From positions 434,001 through 498,000 of the forward strand of contig CM121341.1 in assembly GCA_051530055.1 (NCBI GenBank): DNA of 64,000 bases. Reading direction: 5' to 3'. How positions within the stretch are numbered: the first letter of the stretch is position 1; every line of letters begins with the position of its first letter. The notes below the pieces were generated by a model. The model saw only the letters and a program-made list of their open reading frames with translations. It was not told the DNA's origin and did not search any database. The position numbers and the translations under genes are program-made. The stretch is from Neoechinorhynchus agilis (taxonomy: Eukaryota > Animalia > Acanthocephala). Positions 1 through 12,239 of the stretch are shown here, one piece after another.

Positions 1-1281
1 TACCTCATCAGTCGTCTAAAAAGTCTTTAATTGCTTTGTATTGTACTGCTTGGGTACGCGGGATCGCTATTCCCGAGGTTCGAAGACCCAATGTCCAACC
101 GAATCCTTAGCGTCCTTGATTGAGATAATTACGTCTCCAACAAAATCATTTCGAAGGAATTTTCTTAACGATACTGGAATCGGAGATGTGGAGGCCATAA
201 TCCCTTCCGGATAAAATCTATTTTATTGAAATATTTCGCAAGGATACCTCATCAGTCGTCTAAAAAGTCTTTAATTGCTTTGTATTGTACTGCTTGGGTA
301 CGCGGGATCGCTATTCCTAGGTTCGAAGACCAAATGTCCAACCGAATCCTTAGCGTCCTTGATTGAGATAATTACGTCTCCAACAAAACAATTTCGAAGG
401 AATTTTTCTTAACGATACTGGAATCGGAGATGTGGAGCCCATAATCCCTTCCGGATAAAACCTATTTCATTGAAATATTTCGCAAGGATACCTCATCAGT
501 CGTCTAAAAAGTCTTTAATTGCTTTGTATTGTACTGCTTGGGTACGCGGGATCGCTATTCCCGAGGTTCGAAGACCCAATGTCCAACCGAAATCCTTAGC
601 GTCCTTGATTGAGATAATTACGTCTCCAACAAAATAATTTCGAAGGAATTTTTCTTAACGATACTGGAATCGGAGATGTGGAGGCCATAATCCCTTCCGG
701 ATAAAATCTATTTTATTGAAATATTTCGCAAGGATACCTCATCAGTCGTCTAAAAAGTCTTTAATTGCTTTGTATTGTACTGCTTGGGTACGCGGGATCG
801 CTATTCCCGAGGTTCGAAGACCCAATATCCAACCGAATCCTTAGCGTCCTTGATTGAGATAATTACGTCTCCAACAAAATAATTTCGAAGGAATTTTTCT
901 TAACGATACTGGAATCGGAGATGTGGAGGCCATAATCCCTTCCGGATAAAATCTATTTTATTGAAATATTTCGCAAGGATACCTCATCAGTCGTCTAAAA
1001 AGTCTTTAATTGCTTTGTATTGTACTGCTTGGGTACGCGGGATCGCTATTCCCGAGGTTCGAAGACCCAATGTCCAACCGAATCCTTAGCGTCCTTGATT
1101 GAGATAATTACGTCTCCAACAAAATAATTTCGAAGGAATTTTTCTTAACGATACTGGAATCGGAGATGTGGAGGCCATAATCCCTTCCGGATAAAATCTA
1201 TTTTATTGAAATATTTCGCAAGGATACCTCATCAGTCGTCTAAAAAGTCTTTAATTGCTTTGTATTGTACTGCTTGGGTAC
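1..1281. repeat. Satellite array 1, about 245-bp unit, at least 5.2 copies, cut off by the window start
   Basis: TACCTCATCAGTCGTC recurs at 1, 245, 489, 735, 980 and 1225. Copies are near-identical. A diverged, internally deleted monomer-like stretch continues to about 1400. Confidence 0.97.
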
Positions 1282-1736
1282 TGGATTGTGATGACTACAT
1301 CTCCAGCTCTATCATCCCGAGTGGTGGGTGTGAGCCTTTTCGGATAACCGAAGTTTTCTAAACTATCGATCACCATTAGCATATCCTTCAGTTTTTGAAT
1401 TTTAAGGCATAAATTAACGTAGGTTTCCTTTCTTGTTAATTGGATGACTTTTTGAATCTGTCGAAGAGTAAAACATATGAAAAAATCGATTTTCTTAATT
1501 TCAAAGTACTTAAAGGAATCGCTTATGCATACCTTTTTATTTAAACTTTGTCTAAATTTTTCTGAGCGATCTTTATTTTATAAACGTGTAAATACTAGGT
1601 TATTGCATCTCTTCCTCGGCTTTTTAGTTTTCCTTTTTGGCATGAAGCCACACCGATCTCTTACATCAGAGAAGTGATTGAATCACTGAGACTCTTAATG
1701 CGACTACGGTATACGAGTTTGTACTCATCCTTCCGG

Positions 1737-4700
1737 AGAAGTTTAGTCATCAGAACTTAAGGGTAGTTATAAATAACTCGAAAATTGAACAAGGGACGAA
1801 ATTGTTGGAAAACCGAAGATAAAGCTACCGAATTCCATAGAAGTTTTTCCAGAAATTACAGATATTGCTAAAACCGAACAGAAGTTTAATCATCAGAACT
1901 TAAGGGTAGTTATAAATAACTCGAAAATTGAACAAGGGACGAAATTGTTGGAAAACCGAAGATAAAGCTACCGAATTCCTAGAAGTTTTTAGAGAAATTA
2001 CAGATATTGCTAAAAAAACCGAAAAGAAGTTTAATCATCAGAACTTAAGGGTAGTTATAAATAACTCGAAAATTGAACAAGGGACGAAATTGTTGGAAAA
2101 CCGAAGATAAAGCTACCGAATTCCTAGACGTTTTTCCAGAAATTACAGATATTGCTAAAACCGAACAGAAGTTTAATCATCAGAACTTAAGGGTAGTTAT
2201 AAATACCTCGAAAATTGAACAAGGGACGAAATTGTTGGAAAAACCGAAGATAAAGCTACCAGAATTCCTAGACGTTTTTCCAGAAATTACAGGTGATATT
2301 GCTAAAACCGAACAGAAGTTTAATCATCAGAACTTAAGGGTAGTTATAAATAACTCGAAAATTGAACAAGGGACGAAATTGTTGGAAAACCGAAGATAAG
2401 GCTACTGAATTCCTAGACGTTTTTCCAGAAATTACAGATATTGCTAAAACCGAACAGAAGTTTAATCATCAGAACTTAAGGGTAGTTATAAATAACTCGA
2501 AAATTGAACAAGGGACGAAATTGTTGGAAAACCGAAGATAAAGCTACCGAATTCCTAGACGTTTTTCCAGAAATTACAGATATTGCTAAAACCGAACAGA
2601 AGTTTAATCATCAGAACTTAAGGGTAGTTATCATAACTCGAAAATTGAACAAGGGATGAAATTGTTGGAAAACCAGAAGATAAAGCTACCGAATTCCTAG
2701 AAGTTTTTTCCAGAAAATTACAGATGTTGCTAAGGAAAACCGAACAGAAGTTTAATCATCAGAACTTGAGGGTAGTTACTAAATAACTCGAAAATTGAAC
2801 AAGGGACGAAATTGTTGGAAAACCGAAGATAAGGCTACCGAATTCCTAGAAGTTTTTCCAGAAATTACAGATATTGCTAAAACCGAACAGAAGTTTAATC
2901 ATCAGAACTTTGAGGTAGTTATAAATAACTCGAAAATTGAACAAGGGACGAAATTGTTGGAAAAACCGAAGATAAGGCTACCGAATTCCTAGAAGTTTTT
3001 CCAGAAATTACAGATATTGCTAAAACCGAACAGAAGTTTAATCATCAGAACTTAAGGGTAGTTATAAATAACTCGAAAATTGAACAAGGGACGAAATTGT
3101 TGGAAAACCGAAGATAAAGCTACCGAATTCCTAGACGTTTTTTCCAGAAATTACAGATATTGCTAAAACCGAACAGAAGTTTAATCATCAGAACTTAAGG
3201 GTAGTTATAAATAACTCGAAAATTGAACAAGGGACGAAATTGTTGGAAAACCGAAGATAAAGCTACCGAATTCCTAGAAGTTTTTCCAGAAACTACAGAT
3301 ATTGCTAAAACCGAACAGAAGTTTAATCATCAGAACTTAAGGGTGAGTTATAAATACCTCGAAAATTGAACAAGGGACGAAATTGTTGGAAAACCGAAGA
3401 TAAAGCTACCGAATTCCCTAGAAGTTTTTCCAGAAATTACAGATATTGCTAAAACCGAACAGAAGTTTAATCATCAGAACTTAAGGGTAGTTATAAATAA
3501 CTCGAAAATTGAACAAGGGACGAAATTGTTGAAAACCGAAGATAAAGCTACCGAATTCCCTAGAAGTTTTTCAAGAAATTACAGATATGTGCTAAAACCG
3601 AACAGAAGTTTAATCATCAGAACTTAAGGGTAGTTATAAATAACTCGAAAAGGTTGAACAAGGGACGAAAATTGTTGGAAAACCGAAGATAAAGCTACCG
3701 AATTCCTAGAAGTTTTTCAAGAAATTACTGAATATTGCTAAAACCGAACAGAAGTTTAATCATCAGAACTTAAGGGGAGTTATAACATACCTCGAAAATT
3801 GAACAAGGGACGAAATTGTTGGAAAAACCGAAGATAAAGCTACCGAATTCCCTAGAAGTTTTTCCAGAAATTACGGAAGATATGTGCTAAAAACCGAACA
3901 GAAGTTTAATCATCAGAACTTAAGGGTAGTCATAAATACCTCGAAAAATTGAACAAGGGACGAAATTGTTGGAAAAACCGAAGATAAGGCTACCGAATTC
4001 CTAGAAGTTTTTCAAGAAATTACAGATATTGCTAAAACCGAACAGAAGTTTAATCATCAGAACTTAAGGGTAGTTATAAATACCTCGAAAATTGAACAAG
4101 GGACGAAATTGTTGGCAAAACCGAAGATAAAGCTACCGAATTCATAGACGTTTTTCCAGAAACTACAGATATTGCTAAAACCGAACAGAAGTTTAATCAT
4201 CAGAACTTAAGGGTAGTTATAAATACCTCGAAAATTGAACAAGGGACAGAAATTGTTGGAAAAACCGAAGATAAAGCTACCGAATTCCTGAAGAAGTTTT
4301 TCAAGAAATTACAGATATTGCTGAAAACCGAACAGAAGTTTAATCATCAGAACTTAAGGGTGAGTTATAAACTACCTCGAAAATTGAACAAGGGACGAAA
4401 TTGTTGGAAAACCGAAGATAAAGCTACCGAATTCCCTGAAGTTTTTCCAGAAATTACAGATATTGCTAAAACCGAACAGAAGTTTAATCATCAGAACTTA
4501 AGGGGTAGTTATAAATAACTCGAAAATTGAACAAGGGACGAAATTGTTTGAAAACCGAAGATAAAGCTACCGAATTCCCTAGAAAGTTTTTCCAGAAATT
4601 ACAGATATTGCTAAAACCGAACAGAAGTTTAATCATCAGAACTTAAGGGTAGTTATAAATACCTCGAAAATTGAACAAGGGACGAAATTGTCTGGAAAAC

Positions 4701-7043
4701 CGAAGATAAAGCTACCGAATTCCTAGACGTTTTTCCAGAAATTACAGATATTGCTAAAACCGAACAGAAGTTTAATACATCAGAACTTAAGGGTAGTTAT
4801 AAATACCTCGAAAAATTGAACAAGGGACGAAATTGTTGGAAAACCGAAGATAAAGCTACCGAATTCCTGAGACGTTTTTCCAGAAACTACAGATATTGCA
4901 TAAAACCGAACAGAAGTTTAATCATCAGAACTTAAGGAGTAGTTATAAATACCTCGAAAATTGAACAAGGGACGAAATTGTTGGAAAACCGAAGATAGAG
5001 CTACCGAATTCCTAGAAGTTTTTCAAGAAATTACAGATATTGCTAAAACCGAACAGAAGTTTAATCATCAGAACTTAAGGGTAGTTATAAATACCTCGAA
5101 AATTGAACAAGGGACGAAATTGTTGGCAAACCGAAGATAAAGCTACCGAATTCCTAGACGTTTTTCCAGAAACTACAGATATTGCTAAAACCGAACAGAA
5201 GTTTAATCATCAGAACTTAAGGGTAGTTATAAATACCTCGAAAAATTGAACAAGGGACGAAAATTGTTGGAAAACCGAAGATAAAGCTACCGAATTCCTA
5301 GAAGTTTTTCCAAGAAATTACAGATATTGCTAAAACCGAACAGAAGTTTAATCTGATGCCAGAACTTAAGGGTAGTTATAAATACCTCAGAAAATTGAAC
5401 AAGGGACGAAATTGTTGGAAAACCGAAGATAAAGCATACCGAATTCCTAGACGCGTTTTCCAGAAATTACAGATATTGCTAAAACCGAACAGAAGTTTAG
5501 TCATCAGAACTTAAGGGTAGTTATAAAATAACCTCGAAAAATTGAACAAGGGACGAAATTGTTTGAAAACCGAAGATAAAGCTACCGAATTCCTAGACGT
5601 TTTTCCAGAAATTACAGATATTGCTAAAAACCGAACAGAAGTTTAATCATCAGAACTTAAGAGGTAGTTATAAATACCTGCGAAAATTGAACAAGGGACA
5701 GAAATTGTTGGAAAACCGAAGATAAAGCTACCGAATTCCTAGACGTTTTTCCAGAAATTACGAGTATATTGCTAGAAACCTAACAGAAGTTTAGTCATCA
5801 GAACTTAAGGGTAGTTATAAATAACTCGAAAATTGAACAAGGGACGAAATTGTTTGAGAAAAACCGAAGATAAAGCTACCGAATTCCTAGAAGTTTTTCA
5901 GAAATTACAGATATTGCTAAAACCGAACAGAAGTTTAATCATCAGAACTTAAGGGTAGTTATAAATAACTCGAAAATTGAACAAGGGACGAAATTGTATG
6001 TGAAAACACGAAGATAAAGCTACCGAATTCCTAGACAGTTTTTCAACGAAATTACAGATATTGCTAAAACCGAACAGAAGTTTAATCATAATGGAACTTA
6101 AGGGTAGTTATAAATAACTCGAAAATTGAACAAGGGACAGAAATGTGAAATTGTTGAAAACCGAAGATAAAGCTACCGAATTCCTAGACGTTTTTCCAGA
6201 AATTACAGATATTGCTAAAACCGAACAGAAGTTTAATCATCAGAACTAAAGGGTAGTTATAAATCACGCTCGAAAATTGAACAAGGGACGAAATTGTTGG
6301 AAAACCGAAGATAAAGCTACCGAATTCCTAGACAGTTTTTCCAGAAATTACAGATATGTGCTAAAACCGAACAGAAGTTTAATCATCAGAACTTAAGAGG
6401 TAGTTATAAATAACTCGAAAAAAATTGAACAAGGGACGAAATTGTTGGCAAAACCGAAGATAAAGCTAGCGAATTCTGAAACGTTTTTCCAGAAACTAGT
6501 AGATAGTTTGCTAAAACCGAACAGAAGTTTAATCATCAGAACCTTAAGGGTAGTTATAAATACTGCGAAAACTGGACAAGGGACGAAATTGTTGGAAAAC
6601 CAAAGATAAAGCTACCGAATTCCTAAAGTTTTTCCAGAAATTACAGATAATGCTAAAACCGAACAGAAGTTTAATCATCAGAACTTAAGGGTAGTTATAA
6701 ATACCTCGAAAATTGAACAAGGGACGAAATTGTTGGAAAACCGAAGATAAAGCTACCGAATTCCTAGACGTTTTTCCAGAAATTACAGATATTGCTAAAA
6801 CCGAACAGAAGTTTAATCATCAGAACTTAAGGGTAGTTATAAATAACTCGAAAATTGAACAAGGGACGAAATTGTTGGAAAACCGAAGATAAAGCTACCG
6901 AATTCCTAGACGTTTTTCCAGAAATTACAGATATTGCTAAAACCGAACAGAAGTTTAATCATCAGAACTTAAGGGTAGTTATAAATAACTCGAAAATTGA
7001 ACAAGGGACGAAATTGTTGGAAAACCGAAGATAAAGCTACCGA
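1737..7043. repeat. Satellite array 2, 142-bp unit, about 37 copies
   Basis: Unit AAAATTGAACAAGGGACGAAATTGTTGG...ATAAATAACTCG. Period 142 measured at 6883 and 7025. The repeated short ORFs in the track are by-products of the repeat. Confidence 0.98.
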
Positions 7044-9264
7044 TCGTAATAATTTTTAATGGTATTTTCGCCATCTTTCATCGGATCTTTGAATTTCATA
7101 CATGTAAGTTCATAAATAATATCATCGAGAGTGTTCTTAATATCCAGCCAGGTAATCTTCTTTTCACTTTGAGCAGCGGTGGACTCTACTGCGTGTCTCG
7201 CCATGTCGTAAAATCCAATAATATTCTTTAACATGCCAACTGCTTTATAGAATGGACAATACCTGCAAGAAACAATCACTAAAACAAGGTACAAATAAAT
7301 AACTACCTGTCGTAGGTAGAGTAACCGTTTTGCTGAAGATAATCCTCTTTTATCATCTTAGCAACTTCAAGCGTAATCTTGTCTGTTTCGTTCATATTCG
7401 CCTTTCCGACCAATTGAACAATCTCAGACAAGTCTTGTTCTTCTTGTAAGATTTCTTTACACTTTATGCGCAATTGTTCATGGAGTGAAGAGCAAAAAAA
7501 CAAACAAACCTTAGTCCGAAGGTCAATAAAACCGGGATAGTGGGTTTGATAGTACGGATCGAGTGTTCTTAGATATCGACTATAACTGACAAGCCAATTG
7601 ACAGATGGAAAGTGTTTCCTTTGTGCAAGTCTCTTGTCCAATCCCCAAAATACTTGAACGATTCCGAGAGTAGCCGAAGTGACTGGATCGGAATAATCGC
7701 CACCAGGAGGCGATACCGCGCCAACAATGGATACTGATCCGATTCGCTCGGGATTCCCTCCAATGCATTTCACTTTACCTGCTCTCTCGTAAAAAGAAGC
7801 AAGTCTTGCTCCGAGGTATGCCGGATAACCAGAATCAGCTGGCATCTCAGCTAGTCTGCCTGATATCTCTCTTAGAGCCTCTGCCCAACGTGAAGTCGAG
7901 TCAGCCATCATTGCGACATTGTAGCCCATATCACGGAAATACTCGGATATTGTGATTCCTATAGAATGGAAAGGGGACTATTTATTGAAAAGGGTATTGT
8001 CGGCGTGTTTTTTGTATAGCGACATGAATTGGTCGGATATTTGTAAATGATTATTTCGACTGATCATTAGTGCGCGGAATATAGATTAGGCTTACTCACA
8101 TCCATAGCTCACCTGTGTAAATGGAGGCTTCACGAGCAGCAACGGGCATGTTTGATGTATTGGCGACAAGAGCAGTTCGTTTCATGATTGATTCATCTAC
8201 GCCATTTTTGGCGGTTGTTAGCTTGAACATAGCAAAGTGGATATTATGTTTTCTGAAAGGAAACTTCGCGCGACACTAACCTTCGGAAAGTCTTTTAAAA
8301 CTTCGGCCATTTCATTTCCTCGTTCACCACATCCAACGTAGATTACGGTGTCACTGTTGCTGTACTTACTCAATGCCTGACTGATCACAGTCTTTCCACA
8401 ACCAAAAGCTCCAGGAATTGCAGTAGTACCACCTTGTACCGTTGGAAAGAGAACATCCAGGACACGTTGGCCAGTTATTAAAGGATCGCATGCATGGAGT
8501 TTTTCAGCAACTGGACGAGGAACACGAACTGGCCATACGTGGAACATTGAATGCTTCGTCGAATTAGAATTGAATTCTGTTTCTAGAACTGTATCGTTTA
8601 CTGAGTACCATCCACTAGGAGCCACATGCGTGACCTTTCCGTGCCTCTTAGGATGAACCATTATTGAATGAGTCATCAGTGAGTTTTCAATGACACTTCC
8701 AATTACATCGCCGCCAGTAACAAGGGAACCAACTTTACAGTTAGGATTAGGTACAAACTCCCATTCCTTTTTCCTATCCAAAGGGAGGGCTTCTATGCCT
8801 CTCTTGATGTATATGCTCTTCGTAATGTCGTAAATAAGATGCAATGGTCTTTGAATGCCATCGAAAATACTGCCCATTATACCAGGACCAAGTTCAACGG
8901 AGAGGGGCCGCTCTGTTCGCAGTACCGGATCGCCCACAGCTATTCCCGCTGTATCCTCATACGCTTGAATAATAGCCAAATCGTGATCAATGCGGATGAT
9001 CTCCCCAATCAACTCTTCGTGTCCTACTTTAACTAATTCAAACATGGATGCACCACTCATGTTCCCGGCGGTCACAACCGGTCCTGATACTCCATGAACA
9101 TATCCATATCGGGCTTCTGGTTGATCCTTTCCTCGCTCATATTCCAATCTTACTGACTCTTTTGTGTGCCCAAGACTTAACTGTTCAATTTGTTCCAATA
9201 CCGCTTTCGATTCAATGTCCTATCCGAAACAGTAAAAGGAAACGAAATCATTTACACTCACCAT
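7040..9264 (-). CDS. ATP6V1A: V-type H+-ATPase catalytic subunit A (multi-exon; 3' end runs into satellite 2)
   Basis: Motifs [67 protein letters not shown] and CPFYK. ATG at 9264-9262. GT-AG introns include 9261-9220 (42 nt), about 7510-7463 (in frame) and about 7306-7264. The last roughly 14 conserved residues are not found. Confidence 0.97.
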
Positions 9265-9875
9265 CGAAAATCTAAAATACGTATAATTTAAATGGTAAAA
9301 GATTGAGAAAAGCTCGTATCGCTCTGTGATTACAAACTAATTTATTCACTGAATCCATCAAGTTTCTTTAAAAGGATGAATAATCTAAAGTTTTATGTTT
9401 GTCTAAAGAAAAAATAATGGAAAAATTACTATTGATGTTAATTACTCAATTTCCCTTTGACCTCAATGGGATGACAAGTGGCGCCATCGAAATGCGTACT
9501 TATAGGAATCGCATTTAAAAACATTTATCGATTACTTTGTAGGTATATTAATGTAAGCAATCATAACATTTACTAATTTTAGTAAAGCTTTGTTCACTAA
9601 GAGATCGAAATAATAGGACGAAACCTTAAAATTCATGCCTTTTTTATACTTGGAAATATTCTCATTAAAATTTTAGTCACATTATAAAACAGTGATATCC
9701 TAATGAAATGCTTGAGATGTTTTTTAATTGTACCCATTTTCCCGCAATTCCACTATGCTATTGCGTGCTTTCGAGCAAGATGTGACGAACAGACGAAGCT
9801 TGAGTTGTGGGTTAGAAAAGCGTTGACGAAATTTTGCCACCACCCCTTAACTCGCTTTTAAAAATCAAACAATTT

Positions 9876-11752
9876 TCAAAATCTTCGACTGGATCGCTTC
9901 CGTCCAGTGTATTTGGTATCGGGTCGGACTTCCTTACCTTGTCGTCTCCATCTCGCCTTCTTTGACAAAACCCACTTTCTGGTGTTCTTGATCGGTTTCC
10001 GTTGCCGTTTTTCAATTTTTGACTCCGGTTCGTCGCAAATTACTTCAGCGGGAAGCTCGGGAATAACGTGTCCCATTCCGACGCAAAGTACTAGAAACAC
10101 TCTTAAAGATACGCAGAACGAATCATATTAAGCGCTAATTGAACTTACTTTTTGGCTCGAGTACTCTCCGGATTATCGATAACGAGACCTCCAGTAAATC
10201 CGGCTTTTAGTGCTTGTCTTGTCAGTAAGTTGGTTTGTTTGTCGTTTTCAGGGTAGAATTGAAACACACATCGGGTACCATTGGCCTAAAGAGAATTCTT
10301 TGAAAGAAGTTGGCTGATTGACTTACCATTACGGCATAAAGAGTAGTGAAGAAATGCAGAATACGGCGATGTGGAATGTCTGCCTTGTGATCTGAGTTAC
10401 ACAGCCATTGGAGAGCCGAAATACTAAAAGTATGTTAAACATAGTTCAAGTCGAACTTTGCACAACGAAAAACGAACGATAATTGAGAAATCTTTTTTAT
10501 TCTCCTGGATAGACGAAAATAAGATGTTTATGAAAACGAACTGAATGAAATAAAGTTCGACAATCGCCATCCTTGGCAATTTAAGCATAGTTTGGAACGG
10601 ATTTATAAACTAAGGAATCCATATCGGGATGGATTGGTACTGTAGTGCTAACGACGCAATGTGGATTTCCCCGATAAAATATTCAAATATTTCAATAATA
10701 GTCCATCGTGGAAATAATTATTATCAGCGGTGGCAATAATACAGAAACGAGGATGCAAACAAGCGATTGAATTGTTCGTGGTTGTTTATGCCGGTGAAAA
10801 ATTAAAGTGATTTTATTGATTCCAATTGTTTTCGGCGGCACAATCGTGTACGCGTTTATCACAAAGTTGTTGTTAAAGTGTTTTAGTCGTGTACCGAAAA
10901 CAATTGGAATCGAAAAAATCGCTTTAATTTTTCACCGGTATAAACAACCATGAACAATTCAATCGCTTCAAACATTACCGACATTTCACATTCCCCTTTT
11001 CGTATGAGCACTCGTAATCGCTCCTTTTTCCCCATTGTCCAATCTTGTCTCCGGATATCATAAAACCCGAAATGAACCTGAGGAAATAGCCAAAGCTTGA
11101 AACTCTCCTAAAACCCACCATCCTTCCTCCATTCGACTGGACCCGTCATCCACATTCTACGAGGACCCAGAGATGTATGGTTCCTTTGAACAATAATAAA
11201 ACGTGTTCTTATAATGTCGGAGGATAAAATTTTAGGAAAATGACCCGTGAGATAAGATTCAAATTTTCGCTCTTTCTCTCAGTACCTGATTGCACCGTCG
11301 AACATTCCCGGTCTAAAGGGCATTCCTGAGCCCATATCCAGGTTGATTAAGTCTCCCTCTACGCCCCTCTCCGAGGCCACTTGCAGCATATTTTGGCTAA
11401 TATCGAGCCCGATCCATCTATGTCCTCCGTTTTCAGTCAATACTTCACCGCTCAGACTTGATCCGCATCCAATGTCCAACAAAAAGCATGTTTCATCGGC
11501 TTTAAGGTTTAGGAGCTCAAGAGCTCGTTCACTCAGTTGCCGTTGAACCGTGATCATCCTTGAACTTTTTTTTTGATCGATTAAAAACACAATTCTTTTA
11601 AATTTACCATTGAGTGTACTTCCTCGCTTCGGTCTCACCGTAATACTATTCAATATGTGAAGAATTTGAAATCTTCGTTTTTGAGAGAGAGACACACGTA
11701 CCAATTCTGCCGGTCCAACGTGTTCCGGCCGTCTACTGCTGTGCTTTGGCAT
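9876..11752 (-). CDS. BUD23: 18S rRNA m7G methyltransferase BUD23/WBSCR22 (multi-exon)
   Basis: RRPEH.GP.EL, YYGETEARKY, LLDIGCGSSLSG, SISALQWLCN, FQFYPEN, AGFTGGLVIDNP and C-terminal RPDTKYTGRKR. Introns 11701-11646 and 11607-11565, a long intron about 11283-10430, and further short introns. Confidence 0.95.
10761..10968. mobile_element. MITE/fold-back-like element inside the long BUD23 intron
   Basis: About 70-bp imperfect terminal inverted repeat: AAGCGATTGAATTGTTCGTGGTTGTTTATGCCGGTGAAAAATTAAAG versus CTTTAATTTTTCACCGGTATAAACAACCATGAACAATTCAATCGCTT. No coding capacity. Confidence 0.8.
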
Positions 11753-12239
11753 CTACCCAACTCTGAGAAAAAGAAGGAAATCTTGAGTCCGTGGACATAA
11801 ACGAAAGAACTTCGTCTAAAGACGAAAAATCGGGTTTATCAATTCTAGCGCCTTTTATCGGATTTAGGACTTCTCTTAGTAGTCCGGCTCCTCAAAGTTT
11901 ATAATATTGAAAGAATCGTCTGCTCGTTTTCGCCAAAATCGACTGATTTAAGAAACGCACTTTGAAGCATTGCCGATGAAAGGAAAGTCCATTTCGCACA
12001 CATTGTGGGTTTGTTTTTAATCGCACGTTTATTTGTCGAAGGACCTATGGCTTTAGTTGTGTTTGAACCGTTCATAAATTGTTTTCCGCTTGAATTGGTT
12101 TCGGAAGTACGCATTTAGCACAGCATTGTTAGTTATCGTCGTAAGCTTACGGTACAATCTTGTCTACTTCCGAAACCAATCGGATTTTAAAAAAAAACCT
12201 GGATAATTTTTGAAATCCAATCTTCATCTCTCGACAATT

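Noticed and set aside
1928-4518. Repeated 60-108 aa ORFs in array 2 as genes
   Set aside because: They start at TTG inside repeat units, and their lengths depend on probable indel errors.
1737-7043. SL RNA, snRNA or snoRNA tandem genes (AATTTCTGG Sm-like site, CTGATGA on the minus strand)
   Set aside because: No recognisable leader or stem-loop architecture; the motifs are too short to be significant.
7037-7045. Alternative genetic code (TAG read-through) to extend V-ATPase A
   Set aside because: Read-through gives no homologous residues, and the long conserved exons contain no in-frame TAA or TAG.
7569-9275. Short antisense and alternate-frame ORFs over V-ATPase and other genes
   Set aside because: Shadow ORFs of real coding exons.
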